Shown: positions 25,778 through 35,128, counted from the stretch's first letter. The stretch: DNA of 50,072 bases from Syntrophomonadaceae bacterium (GCA_003550645.1 PUKV01000149.1:1-50072), one strand, 5' to 3'. Notes: generated by a model from the letters alone, not told the origin. Translations and numbers: made by a program.

Positions 25778-26635
25778 TCAGCTTTTGTTGATAACCTTGT
25801 GCTCCAACCCGAGATCGATCAACGATCCCTCTGCCGAAATGCCTTTACCGTAAAGAATGTCAAATTCTGCGTTTTTAAAAGGTGGAGCAACCTTGTTCTT
25901 GACCACTTTCACCCTGGTCCGGTTGCCGATAACCTGATCGGAACCCACCTTAAGCGATTCAATTCTTCTTACTTCCATCCGGACCGAAGAATAGAACTTC
26001 AGGGCCCGGCCACCAGGTGTAACTTCGGGGTTGCCGAACATTACACCGACTTTTTCGCGGATCTGGTTGATAAAAACAGCGCTGGTCTTTGACTTGCTGA
26101 TAACACCGGACAGTTTACGCAGGGCCTGTGACATCAACCTGGCCTGCAGGCCGACATGGGAATCACCCATTTCTCCTTCGATTTCAGCCCTGGGCACGAG
26201 GGCGGCAACAGAGTCGACCACGAGGATATCAATAGCGCCGCTTCGGACAAGCGCCTCGGCTATTTCCAGGGCCTGCTCCCCGGTATCAGGCTGCGAAACC
26301 AGCAGCTCATCCAGGTTTACGCCCAGGTTGGTGGCATATTGCGGATCGAGGGCATGTTCGGCATCGATAAAGGCAGCAAAACCACCCCGCTTTTGGGCTT
26401 CAGCAATTATATGGAGAGCTACCGTAGTTTTACCCGAAGATTCCGGACCGTAAATTTCCACTACTCTGCCCCGGGGTACTCCACCTACACCCAGGGCGGC
26501 ATCTATGGCCAGGCAGCCGGTCGGAATAACGGCCACTTCCGCTATAGCATCCTGGCCCAGTTTCATTATTGATCCCTTGCCGAACTGCTTTTCAATCTGC
26601 AGCAGGGCCGATTCTAAAGCTTTTTCTTTTTCCAA
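25778..26635 (-). CDS. recA: Recombinase RecA, core domain, ending at a premature or recoded TGA (285 codons)
   Basis: [13 protein letters not shown], Walker [11 protein letters not shown]1/L2 regions and [28 protein letters not shown]. The ORF stops at TGA 25778-25780, where RecA proteins have Gly (KSG[AS]WYSY). Confidence 0.93.
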   Translation of the reverse strand: MEKEKALESALLQIEKQFGKGSIMKLGQDAIAEVAVIPTGCLAIDAALGVGGVPRGRVVEIYGPESSGKTTVALHIIAEAQKRGGFAAFIDAEHALDPQYATNLGVNLDELLVSQPDTGEQALEIAEALVRSGAIDILVVDSVAALVPRAEIEGEMGDSHVGLQARLMSQALRKLSGVISKSKTSAVFINQIREKVGVMFGNPEVTPGGRALKFYSSVRMEVRRIESLKVGSDQVIGNRTRVKVVKNKVAPPFKNAEFDILYGKGISAEGSLIDLGLEHKVINKS

Positions 26636-26799
26636 ATTATGTTATCCTCCTTAACAGGTTCTTTCTTACCCTGCTTTATTCTGTTTAAAAAGCGCTTTTC
26701 CTGCCGTCGATCTTGTTAAAAATATATTTCGTAAAAATATATTATAACCTTAATTGATCTCGACTGTTTCTATCATGTTAATTAATATTTTGATACCGC

Positions 26800-27372
26800 T
26801 TAACTCTTAGGGCTTGAAAACACAGCCCTGTGCCTGGCAATGTAAGTTGCTCCCCGGGGCGAGAGCTTACTTTCGAAGAGGGTGGCGCTCTTTATTGTCC
26901 AGGCAGCAGTAGTAAAATTAGACCCCTCCTCTATATAGCGGTAAACCGCTTTTTCAGGTAGCGACCCCTTGACTCTCCCAATGGTCAGGTGAGGAGTGTA
27001 GCTCCTCTTTTCAGGGTCAAAACCGATCCTGTTAAGAGACCTGTCCACTTTAGAAGCCAGTTCTGAAACCGCTGCATTACCTTCCCTGAGCCCGACCCAG
27101 ATCACCCTTGCTTTCCTGGGTGACGGGAATACTCCGCTCTTTCCATAAACAACAGCGAAGGGGGTTATAGTTGCTGCAGTTTCATCCAGGGTCTTTGCTA
27201 TTTCTTCAATGCGGGATTCTCCGGTCTCCCCTAAAAACTTCAGGGTCATATGCAGGGCTTCCGGTTTTACCCAGCGAACCCCTTCCATGTATTGCTTTAC
27301 TGTTCCTTGAAAAGCATCAACTTCGCTTTTCTGCTGCTCGGATAGTTCAAGCGCAATAAATAATCTGGCCAA
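26800..27372 (-). CDS. thpR: RNA 2',3'-cyclic phosphodiesterase (2H family, ThpR/LigT)
   Basis: 190 aa with two HxT motifs (LHMTLKFLG and PHLTIGR). Confidence 0.85.
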   Translation of the reverse strand: MARLFIALELSEQQKSEVDAFQGTVKQYMEGVRWVKPEALHMTLKFLGETGESRIEEIAKTLDETAATITPFAVVYGKSGVFPSPRKARVIWVGLREGNAAVSELASKVDRSLNRIGFDPEKRSYTPHLTIGRVKGSLPEKAVYRYIEEGSNFTTAAWTIKSATLFESKLSPRGATYIARHRAVFSSPKS

Positions 27373-27443
27373 GACAAATCAAGCCTCCATAAAGAACATC
27401 AACTCTAGATTGAGGGTATCATTTCAAACCACTTAAGCAGAAA

Positions 27444-28685
27444 TTAATACCTGGCACCAGCCAGGACTGCTCTCCTGATCATATCTAAGGCCATCTGGGC
27501 TGTCCTTTCCTTAATCGCAAGCCTTCCACCGCCCAGGTTCAACTTTTTACAGTAGCAATCCTGGCCTTTATCAAGCGCCACGTAAACCAGCCCTACCGGT
27601 TTCTGCGCTGTGCCTCCATCGGGGCCGGCTATCCCGGTTACCCCTATCGATAGATCGGAATTAAACTTTGCCCTGGCACCCCTGGCCATAGCAGCAGCTA
27701 CCGCTTCACTAACCTGTCCTTCCCTTTCAAGAAGCAATCTATCCAGGCCCAGGGTGCCGATTTTAACTTCTCCGCTGTAGGCCACCATACCGCCCAGGTA
27801 AAAACTTGAGCTGCCCGGGATATCAGTAACCATACTCGACAGCAGCCCCCCGCTGCAGGATTCAGCCAGTGAGAGGGTTAAATTATTTGCAATTAGCAAT
27901 TCCGCCACCTTGCCGGCCAGGGTATCATCATCACTGCCGTAGATATGATCGCCGAGCACTTGCCTCAACCTTTTCTCAGCCTCGTCGATAGCGGACGCCG
28001 CTTCTTCAACGCTGCCCCGCCCTTTAATCTGCAGGTGGACTTCGTAGCCCCTGGCCACATAAGATATCGGGGGCAGATCCCATTTTCCAAGATATTTTAT
28101 TTTATCTTCCAGGGACGATTCACCGATACCGCAGCATTTCAGGGTTTTCAGCCTGCTCAGTTTGCCCCGGTTAAAATCTTTTAAAACCGGCTTAACTGAG
28201 CTGTCAAACATGGGCTTCAACTCATTTGGCGGGCCGGGTAATAACACAATAAGCTTACCCTTCCAGTTCAGGATCGAACCGGGCGCTGTTCCGGCCTGGT
28301 TTTCCAGCAGGCTGGCCCCTTTCATGATCAGGGCTTGCTTGCGGTTGTTCTCTGGCATCTGGATTCCCCGCTGCTTAAAAAAATAATCAATTTTTTCAAG
28401 CCATTCCCGGTCCAGGACCAGTTCCAGCCCCAGGGCAGCGGCAATCGCATCCCGGGTCATATCATCATCCGTTGGTCCCAGTCCACCGGTGAAAATGATC
28501 ACTTCGCTGTGTTCAAAGGCCCTGTTCAAAGCAGCCTGGATCGCCTGTTTATCATCCGCCACCACCATCGACTCCCTGACCTCTATCCCGGCAGACCAGA
28601 GCCGCCTGGCTAGAAAGCCTGCATTGCTGTTTTCAACCAGGCCGGTTAAAATTTCGTTGCCTATACAAATCAGGTCAGCCTGCAT
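27444..28685 (-). CDS. cinA: Competence/damage-inducible protein CinA (MoCF-binding domain plus PncC NMN deamidase domain)
   Basis: 413 aa. Starts MQADLICIGNEILTG, then GGLGPTDDD, with a C-terminal CinA domain (LSLAESCSGG..., GIAGPDGG). Classic position upstream of recA. Confidence 0.9.
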   Translation of the reverse strand: MQADLICIGNEILTGLVENSNAGFLARRLWSAGIEVRESMVVADDKQAIQAALNRAFEHSEVIIFTGGLGPTDDDMTRDAIAAALGLELVLDREWLEKIDYFFKQRGIQMPENNRKQALIMKGASLLENQAGTAPGSILNWKGKLIVLLPGPPNELKPMFDSSVKPVLKDFNRGKLSRLKTLKCCGIGESSLEDKIKYLGKWDLPPISYVARGYEVHLQIKGRGSVEEAASAIDEAEKRLRQVLGDHIYGSDDDTLAGKVAELLIANNLTLSLAESCSGGLLSSMVTDIPGSSSFYLGGMVAYSGEVKIGTLGLDRLLLEREGQVSEAVAAAMARGARAKFNSDLSIGVTGIAGPDGGTAQKPVGLVYVALDKGQDCYCKKLNLGGGRLAIKERTAQMALDMIRRAVLAGARY

Positions 28686-28715
28686 TAATTGCCACCCCTT
28701 GCTGTTAGTGATAAA

Positions 28716-30062
28716 TCACCGGGGCATCCGGTCGAGCAGAACCGGCTTAACTGCCAGGAGATTATACGGTCCCACTGCCTTGATCACTGCAGAAACCCGG
28801 GATCCGGGTTTGAACTCTTCCGCTGAACGAATCCAGGTAATTCCGTCTACCTCAGGAGCCTGGTATTCAGTCCGCCCGTAGTATAAGTTTCTTATGGACC
28901 CGGCCTTACCCTCAACCAGAATGGGCAGTCTTGTGCCTGAGTACTTTTGATTAACCTTCCGGGCAATGCGCTTTTGTTTCAGCATTAACGCTCTTTGGCG
29001 GTTTCTGCTCACCCTGGTGGGCACCAGTGCTTCAGACCCTGCAGCCGGGGTGCCCTCCTGCTGAGAATAAATAAAGGAGCCGAGGCTTTCAAAAGGATAT
29101 TTTTCGATAAAACCCAGCAGTTCTTGGAAATGACGGCTTCTTTCACCCGGGTAGCCGACCATCACCGTAGTGCGCAGGGCCAGTTCAGGAATCCTGCGGC
29201 GCAGTTTTTCAAAAAGAGATTGCAATTCTTCCCGGCCGTAATGCCTGCCCATCAGTTCCAGGATCCGGTCGCTGCTGTGCTGGATTGGAATATCGAGATA
29301 TTTGCAAATCCTGTTTTCTGTCCCGATTAATTCAATTAAGCGCTCGTCGATCCTGGAGGGGTAGGTATACATAATTCGAAGGCTAAAATCGTGATCGAGA
29401 GCCAGGATTTGCTCCAGCAGGCCGGAAAGATCGGGGTATCCAGGCTGATCAATCCCGTATGCGGTCGTATCCTGGGCAATCAAGTTTATTTCTGCAGCTC
29501 CGCGTACGAGCAGGTCATTTATCTCATTCACAATCGCACGGGGTTCCCTGCTCCGGTACGGGCCCCTGATTGAAGGAATCATACAATAGTGACAGCGATT
29601 ATTGCACCCGTCAGCAATTTTTACATTAACACTGTGTTCAGGGCTGGTTAGGACCCGGGAAGATAGACTATGGTAGGTTTCGGAAGGGGGATTTTTGAAA
29701 ACCGGACGCTCACCGGCAAAAAGCTGTGCCATGAACCGGTCCAGTTCCCGGTAACTGTGTACTCCGATGGCCCCATCTACACCCGGAATGCTCTCTAAAA
29801 CCTGGTTCCCAAATACTTCAACCAGGCAGCCGGCGGCAATAATCCTGGGACGCTTTGCGCGGGTCTGCTGAACCATTTCCAGGATAGTATTGACCGACTC
29901 CTGCCGGGCATCTTCTATAAAGGCGCAGGTGTTAATGAATATAACATCTGCCGAAAGGTAATCATCGGTCAGGATATAGCCGTTTCCGGCCAGGTAACCC
30001 AGCACTTCTTCCGTGTCAATCCTGTTTTTGGAGCAGCCGAGCGATACGGCAGCCAGCTTGAT
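28716..30062 (-). CDS. rimO: MiaB-family radical-SAM methylthiotransferase, probably RimO (start non-canonical or uncertain)
   Basis: UPF0004 N-domain Cys motifs (SLGCSKN, INTCAF, AAGCLV), radical-SAM CNNRCHYC and a C-terminal TRAM domain. The first Cys motif lies upstream of the first canonical start (GTG 30005), so I extend the gene to the ATC at 30060-30062. Confidence 0.75.
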   Translation of the reverse strand: MKLAAVSLGCSKNRIDTEEVLGYLAGNGYILTDDYLSADVIFINTCAFIEDARQESVNTILEMVQQTRAKRPRIIAAGCLVEVFGNQVLESIPGVDGAIGVHSYRELDRFMAQLFAGERPVFKNPPSETYHSLSSRVLTSPEHSVNVKIADGCNNRCHYCMIPSIRGPYRSREPRAIVNEINDLLVRGAAEINLIAQDTTAYGIDQPGYPDLSGLLEQILALDHDFSLRIMYTYPSRIDERLIELIGTENRICKYLDIPIQHSSDRILELMGRHYGREELQSLFEKLRRRIPELALRTTVMVGYPGERSRHFQELLGFIEKYPFESLGSFIYSQQEGTPAAGSEALVPTRVSRNRQRALMLKQKRIARKVNQKYSGTRLPILVEGKAGSIRNLYYGRTEYQAPEVDGITWIRSAEEFKPGSRVSAVIKAVGPYNLLAVKPVLLDRMPR

Positions 30063-30141
30063 CCCCGCAGGCCTGCCTGGGGCGCTTTTAGAAAAGTTAT
30101 TAATAATATCAGTCCCCTGCTTTCATGTAATATCATGAACC

Positions 30142-30176
30142 AAAACGCCTGCTTAACGGCTGCTCAGCCGTAGCAG
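30142..30176 (-). terminator. Probable intrinsic terminator downstream of ftsK
   Basis: On the - strand: CTGCT-ACGGC...GCCGT-(TA)-AGCAG composite stem followed by GCGTTTTGG. Confidence 0.45.
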
Positions 30177-30195
30177 CAGTTAAAAATAGACAGCT

Positions 30196-32532
30196 TTATT
30201 CGGGCTCCTGCTTGTTTTCCTCACAGATTATTGCCGCCTGTTCGGGGGTGACCAGGATTTCCCTGGGTTTGCTGCCTTCAAACTGCCCTACGACACCCCT
30301 TCTTTCCAGGTCGTCAATCAGGCGGGCCGCCCTGGTATAACCGATCCGGAACCGCCTCTGGAGAAGCGATATAGAAGCCTGGCCGGTCCGGACCACCAGG
30401 TCGACAGCTTCGTTAAAAAGGGCGTCGGTCTCTTCTTCCTCAACTTCTTCAGGTGACTCCAAAAAAGTACTGCCATTTTCCTCTTCAACCAGTCCCTGCT
30501 CTTTAATAAAATCTGTGATCTTCTTAACTTCCTCTTCACTGATGAAGGCGCCCTGGACCCGGAATGGTTTAACCGCGCCAACCGGGTAAAAAAGCATATC
30601 CCCACGGCCGAGCAATTTTTCAGCCCCGGCCATATCCAGGATGGTCCTTGAATCAAACTGGGACGAAACGGTAAAAGCAATCCGGGAAGTGATATTGGCC
30701 TTAATGATACCGGTAAGGACATCAACCGAAGGCCTCTGGGTAGCCACAATGAGGTGGATTCCCGCCGCCCGGGACATCTGGGCCAGGCGGGCAATAGCAT
30801 CTTCCACTTCGCCGGGAGATACATGCATCAAATCGGCCAGTTCATCGATGATCACCACGATATAGGGAAGCTTTTCCAGTTCCTTGTCTTTGGCCGCCAT
30901 TTCATTATAAGTACCGATGTCACGGACTGCAAGGCGGGCAAATAGATCATAGCGCCGCCCCATTTCCCGGACCATGTTCCGCAAAGCCAGCGAAGCCTTG
31001 CGGGGATCGGTCAGAACCGGCATCAGCAGGTGGGGAATGCCGTTGTATGCGCTCAATTCCACCACTTTCGGGTCGATCATCATGAAGCGGAGCTGCTCAG
31101 GGTGCGCTTTATATAAAATACCGGTTATCAGGGTATTCAGGCAGACGCTTTTTCCAGATCCGGTAGCGCCGGCAATCAGCAGGTGCGGCATCTTGGCCAG
31201 GTCTGCGATTACAGGCCCCCCGGTTATATCTTTGCCCAGGCCGATTGTCAGCGGAGAAGCGTTTTGCTTAAAATTGTGTTCTTCGATCACTTCCCTTAAA
31301 TGGACGAGCGAAATGACGCTGTTGGGTACCTCTATACCCAGCGCCGCTTTGCCCGGGATAGGAGCCTCGATCCTGACCAGGGGGGCAGCCAGGTTAAGGG
31401 CCAGGTCGTCTGAAAGAGAAATAATCTTACTGACCTTCACTCCAGCCTCCGGCTGGACCTCAAACCTGGTCACCGTCGGGCCGGCCTGGACATGGGTAAC
31501 CCTGGCCTGCACCCCGAAATTCTGCAGGGTTTTTTCCAGTTTACGGGCCCTTTCCCTGCTGTTTTTAAAGTGCTGATCTCCATTTGAACGCGGTAGTGAC
31601 AGCAAATCTACGGGAGGAAAGATGTAATTGGAGAAAGACTTCCCTTTTTTACCAACCACAGCCGGAAGTTCGACATTTTTCCCTTCATAGGAAGCGGTAT
31701 TGATATTGAGCTGCCTTTCATCCTGGTAGGTCCCGGTTTCCGCAGGAATAGGGTCTTCAGACCTTTCAGCAGGTTCGTTCCATACCTGGACCGGGAGCGC
31801 GTTCACATCTCCGGGCGGATTCCCGGGCTCAGTATTTTCCTGTCTTATTACTGCAGCATTATTCTTTTTTTCCGAAACTTCTTTTATTTTTTCCCTGGAA
31901 CTGGCCACCCCATTGCCGGCTATTTTGAATAAACCCCTGAAAAGTTTATTCAGGATCTCGTACATTTTTTCCAAAACCTGGAACAGCATATTGAGAAGCC
32001 GGTTTATTGAGATGTTGACCACCAGCAGTATAGATATCAAGGCCAGGGCAAAAAGCAGGATCCGGGTCCCGGTTACACCGATGGAAAAATAAAAGGCGAC
32101 CGCAAAGGCGGCACCGATCACTCCTCCCCCCTCACCCTGCAGGCCGGGCATAAAACTACCCATAACCAGGTTGTCTGCAGGCAGGTACGGCAGCTTACCG
32201 ATCATCAGTTGCAAATGAATCCAGATCATGGCCAGGACAGAAAGAAGCAGCAATCCGGCCATCCGCGATTTAAGATTAAACTTTTCACCCGGTATAATCA
32301 AGCGCAGGCCCATAATCCCGACGAAAAAAGGCACCACTACCGCCGCCTCGCCGGCCATGGTCCTCAGCACGGTGTTTACTGCCAGGCCCACTCCGCCGAC
32401 CTGATCAGTCTGGATTAGGCCGACGTAACAAAAAATAGCCAAAGCTACCAGGAGGATCCCTTTAACCTGGTCCTGCATCGCAGTATTGGAACGCTTTTTC
32501 TTCCTTTTCTTGGCCAAAGTATAATCAACCAC
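30196..32532 (-). CDS. ftsK: DNA translocase FtsK/SpoIIIE
   Basis: 778 aa. N-terminal TM segments and linker, motor domain with Walker A GATGSGKS and DELADLM, and a C-terminal gamma (winged-helix) domain SISLLQRRFRIGYTRAARLID. Confidence 0.93.
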   Translation of the reverse strand: MVDYTLAKKRKKKRSNTAMQDQVKGILLVALAIFCYVGLIQTDQVGGVGLAVNTVLRTMAGEAAVVVPFFVGIMGLRLIIPGEKFNLKSRMAGLLLLSVLAMIWIHLQLMIGKLPYLPADNLVMGSFMPGLQGEGGGVIGAAFAVAFYFSIGVTGTRILLFALALISILLVVNISINRLLNMLFQVLEKMYEILNKLFRGLFKIAGNGVASSREKIKEVSEKKNNAAVIRQENTEPGNPPGDVNALPVQVWNEPAERSEDPIPAETGTYQDERQLNINTASYEGKNVELPAVVGKKGKSFSNYIFPPVDLLSLPRSNGDQHFKNSRERARKLEKTLQNFGVQARVTHVQAGPTVTRFEVQPEAGVKVSKIISLSDDLALNLAAPLVRIEAPIPGKAALGIEVPNSVISLVHLREVIEEHNFKQNASPLTIGLGKDITGGPVIADLAKMPHLLIAGATGSGKSVCLNTLITGILYKAHPEQLRFMMIDPKVVELSAYNGIPHLLMPVLTDPRKASLALRNMVREMGRRYDLFARLAVRDIGTYNEMAAKDKELEKLPYIVVIIDELADLMHVSPGEVEDAIARLAQMSRAAGIHLIVATQRPSVDVLTGIIKANITSRIAFTVSSQFDSRTILDMAGAEKLLGRGDMLFYPVGAVKPFRVQGAFISEEEVKKITDFIKEQGLVEEENGSTFLESPEEVEEEETDALFNEAVDLVVRTGQASISLLQRRFRIGYTRAARLIDDLERRGVVGQFEGSKPREILVTPEQAAIICEENKQEPE

Positions 32533-32619
32533 CCTGATAATATTTGCCAGTTTAACTACAGTGCATTATAAAACACTTGTTCAAGAAAGTAAAGTCTGCA
32601 CGATCAATCGATCAATCAT

Positions 32620-33570
32620 TTAAAAATTTACCCGGGAAGGATCGGCTACCAGGACGGTCATCGCCCTCGGTTCGAGGGTGAAATGCATACTGTCGCCAAA
32701 TAAGATCTCTCCCTCCATGTGCAGGGGACGCGGTTCGCTCAGCTGCAGTTTTAATTCCGGGGTCCTGTACATCGAAACCTGCTTTACATATTTCAACTTG
32801 CCGGAAAATACCTTGGGAAAATGATAAAAGAGGCCCAGGCGGCTTATGCTGTCGTCAAACACACATACATCAAAAAGACCATCATCCTGGATTGCATCGG
32901 GAACTATTTTCATTCCCCCACCGTAAGCCTGGCCAATACCTACCGCTACCAGCAGTGGAACACTCCTCAAGGGTCCATTGCCAATGTCGATCATGGCCTC
33001 GACGGATTTGTATGCAAAAAGCTTTTCTAAAAATACATAAGTGTAAGCAGAAACCCCTTTAAAAAATCTGACCCCGTTATTTACCCGCTCGGCCACCGCT
33101 GCGTCAAAACCGACACCAACGGAGTTGATAAAATAGCGATCCATCACCCGGCCCAGATCGATAGCCCGGGTTTTGCCCTTTAGCAGGGCCAGTCCGGCGG
33201 CTTCGATCTTGCGCGGCATTCCCACTGCGGTTGCAAAATCATTGCCTTTACCTCCGTGCACGGCTGCCAGGACGGCCTCCGTTCCTGCTATACCGTTCAA
33301 CACCTCGTTAACAGTACCGTCCCCTCCAACAGCGACAACAATCTCAAATCCCTCTTCGGCCGCCCTTGCAGCGGCTTCAATGCCGTCGCCTCTGGCCCTG
33401 GTCCAATACAAATCATATTCGGCTCCCTTTTCCTTAAAGATCCTTTCCAGGGCCGGCAGCAGTGCTTTTGTCTTACCACCCCCGGCAATCGGATTGATTA
33501 TGAACTTATAACTTTTCACCTTTTGTTCTTCCCTTTCCCGGTTATTTAGTTTTACGGCCACCTTACTCAA
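32620..33570 (-). CDS. Diacylglycerol/lipid kinase family protein (YegS/BmrU-like)
   Basis: FIINPIAGGGK and VAVGGDGTVNEV motifs. The more likely start is GTG 33519 (MKSYKFIINP...), preceded by AAGGGAAG. Confidence 0.85.
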   Translation of the reverse strand: MSKVAVKLNNREREEQKVKSYKFIINPIAGGGKTKALLPALERIFKEKGAEYDLYWTRARGDGIEAAARAAEEGFEIVVAVGGDGTVNEVLNGIAGTEAVLAAVHGGKGNDFATAVGMPRKIEAAGLALLKGKTRAIDLGRVMDRYFINSVGVGFDAAVAERVNNGVRFFKGVSAYTYVFLEKLFAYKSVEAMIDIGNGPLRSVPLLVAVGIGQAYGGGMKIVPDAIQDDGLFDVCVFDDSISRLGLFYHFPKVFSGKLKYVKQVSMYRTPELKLQLSEPRPLHMEGEILFGDSMHFTLEPRAMTVLVADPSRVNF

Positions 33571-33625
33571 CAGGGCTGCCCGGTAAGGCAGCCCCGCATA
33601 CCAGCTTCAATGTCGATTATGTCAT

Positions 33626-34720
33626 TTAACAGGAAAATTTACTTTCCAGTCTTTTCATGGTTTCCACAATTCCGCCATACTCCAGCTCTGAGTAGTGCAG
33701 CATGGCCGGTCCGGAGAAGCCCTGCTCCCTGATTTCAAAAGCTTTCCGGGACACTTTTTCCCTGATGTGATCCCAGTAGGGGTGATCAAAACAGTCAACT
33801 GGTTCTGTCAGCTTGCCGTTATGAATACAAAAACCGGCGGCACTCACTACCGGAGGCCCGTCAAAGAAAGATATGGTGCAGCCCAGTTTAGCGGGCATCA
33901 GCGGCCCGGTATGGCTGCCCCGCATGAAGCCGGCCACGTAGTGCCCGATGCTGTAAGGAGAGAGGATTTCGCCGGTTGCCGGAAAATCACCCTGGCAGCG
34001 CACCAGCATCACTGGATCATCTTTCCCAACATAAGCACCCGCAATATTATGCAGGCGGGTAGTGCTGGCTGCCACAGCCTGCTGTCCGGTAGCCCGGGAA
34101 TAAACTGCGGAAACGACAAAGCGTTCATTGTCCCGCAGCAAAGCTGCAATGTCATAAGCTTCTTCAGGAGTGTGCAGCTCAATAATCCGGTCTGCTTCAG
34201 TATGTTCTACATCAAGAATGACAAATTTGAACCCCTGGCTTATTTTAGGAGAGAGCACCAGACCGGAACAGTGCATCGGGTCGGCAAAGCCCAGGTATAA
34301 GGGCAGGTTATAAGCCCCGGGATCCGTCTTGTCGGCCGTAAACAGCACAAACGGTTCGGCTTTACGTTCCTCTATCTCCATTTCCGCAACTGCCGGCCCC
34401 AGGCCCTTTACATTCCCTGAGAAAGCATCGGCCAGTAAATCCTGCCCGGCGCCGTAAAGCCCCTGTTCTTTGGCCTTCTCAGTGCCGCAAATAAAAGCGT
34501 CCCAGGCCAGCTTGTGCAGTTCTTCGCACCCTTCCCCGTGCGTATGGCTAAACAGGATCGCTACATCATCACCGGTACTGCTCACATAATAATCAGTAAT
34601 CAATTTGCCAAGTTCCCGTTCGATACAATCCTTAACCGATTCTACTAAAGCTTCGCTCGGCTTGATATGGCCGGCTATGCTTCCCACATCGGCCTTAATA
34701 ACACTCAAGGTAGTTTTCAC
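33626..34720 (-). CDS. fbp: Class V bifunctional fructose-1,6-bisphosphate aldolase/phosphatase
   Basis: 364 aa. The N-terminus MKTTLSVIKADVGSIAGH is characteristic of the archaeal/deep-bacterial FBP aldolase/phosphatase family. GTG start 8 nt after GGGAGGG. Confidence 0.88.
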   Translation of the reverse strand: MKTTLSVIKADVGSIAGHIKPSEALVESVKDCIERELGKLITDYYVSSTGDDVAILFSHTHGEGCEELHKLAWDAFICGTEKAKEQGLYGAGQDLLADAFSGNVKGLGPAVAEMEIEERKAEPFVLFTADKTDPGAYNLPLYLGFADPMHCSGLVLSPKISQGFKFVILDVEHTEADRIIELHTPEEAYDIAALLRDNERFVVSAVYSRATGQQAVAASTTRLHNIAGAYVGKDDPVMLVRCQGDFPATGEILSPYSIGHYVAGFMRGSHTGPLMPAKLGCTISFFDGPPVVSAAGFCIHNGKLTEPVDCFDHPYWDHIREKVSRKAFEIREQGFSGPAMLHYSELEYGGIVETMKRLESKFSC

Positions 34721-34852
34721 AGCTTAACCCTCCCACTTGTTATAGTGCCGCCTGACTCTGGATTTAGGCCCAGGTTATTAAGCCTGGCATTATTTCCTGG
34801 TTGTTTCCCTGTTTATTATTTTCTACTACTTAAGAGAAATTCCTTCATAAGC

Positions 34853-34886
34853 TGAAAAATAACAGGGAGCGCAGCAGGCGCTCCCT
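34853..34886 (-). terminator. Strong intrinsic terminator
   Basis: On the - strand: GGGAGCGC-CTGCT-GCGCTCCC followed by TGTTATTTTT. Confidence 0.75.
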
Positions 34887-35128
34887 CGTATACATATATG
34901 CAAGTTACTGCATAGCCGTGCTTAATTTTTTAGTGACATTGCTCTAGAACGGCTGCAATGGCCGCCGAGGCAGAGGTTGCAGCTGATCGGCCTGTATGTA
35001 AGCAGGCCGCCGAGACATGAGCCAGGGGTGGCGAATACCCGGGGCAACCAAAGTGAAATCCTGCAGCTGAGCCGCTGCCATTACCTTTGGTGAACCGTCA
35101 TCCAGGCGAAAACAAAGTACAACCCGAT
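34887..35128 (-). ncRNA. Candidate structured RNA, either a long rnj 3' UTR or a leader element; family unknown
   Basis: GC-richer than the neighbouring spacers and packed with complementary segments: ACCAAAG/CTTTGGT, GCAGC/GCTGC, GGCCTG/CAGGCC, CATTGC/GCAATG, AATGGC/GCCATT and CAGCTG twice. It also has a 10-nt direct repeat CTCGGCGGCC x2 and ends at the strong terminator. The strand is inferred from the terminator. Confidence 0.3.

Noticed and set aside
25559-26635. TGA reassigned to Gly (code 25-like) or selenocysteine at the recA internal TGA
   Set aside because: miaB, spoVS and recX terminate at TGA exactly where the protein families end. No other conserved gene in 50 kb has an internal TGA. 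Sec at a structural Gly of RecA has no precedent, and I see no convincing SECIS-like hairpin at the right distance.
26636-26800. A Cheo-type LexA box in the recA promoter (CGAAATATATTTTT after a TATAAT)
   Set aside because: It matches only about 6 of 10 consensus positions, lies in AT-rich DNA, is not palindromic in its outer bases, and differs from the lexA palindrome. It is kept only as a comment in the lexA finding.
32600-32619. The tandem GATCAATC GATCAATC upstream of ftsK
   Set aside because: It is only two copies of an 8-mer in an AT-rich spacer, with no associated structure or gene signal.
34944-35081. A 45-codon ORF (MAAAQLQDFTLVAPGIRHPWLMSRRPAYIQADQLQPLPRRPLQPF) inside the rnj-fbp spacer
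   Set aside because: The ATG is 2 nt from the only purine-rich stretch, so there is no functional SD spacing. The sequence is Pro/Arg/Gln-rich, as expected from translating GC-rich structured RNA, and the region is better explained by RNA secondary structure.
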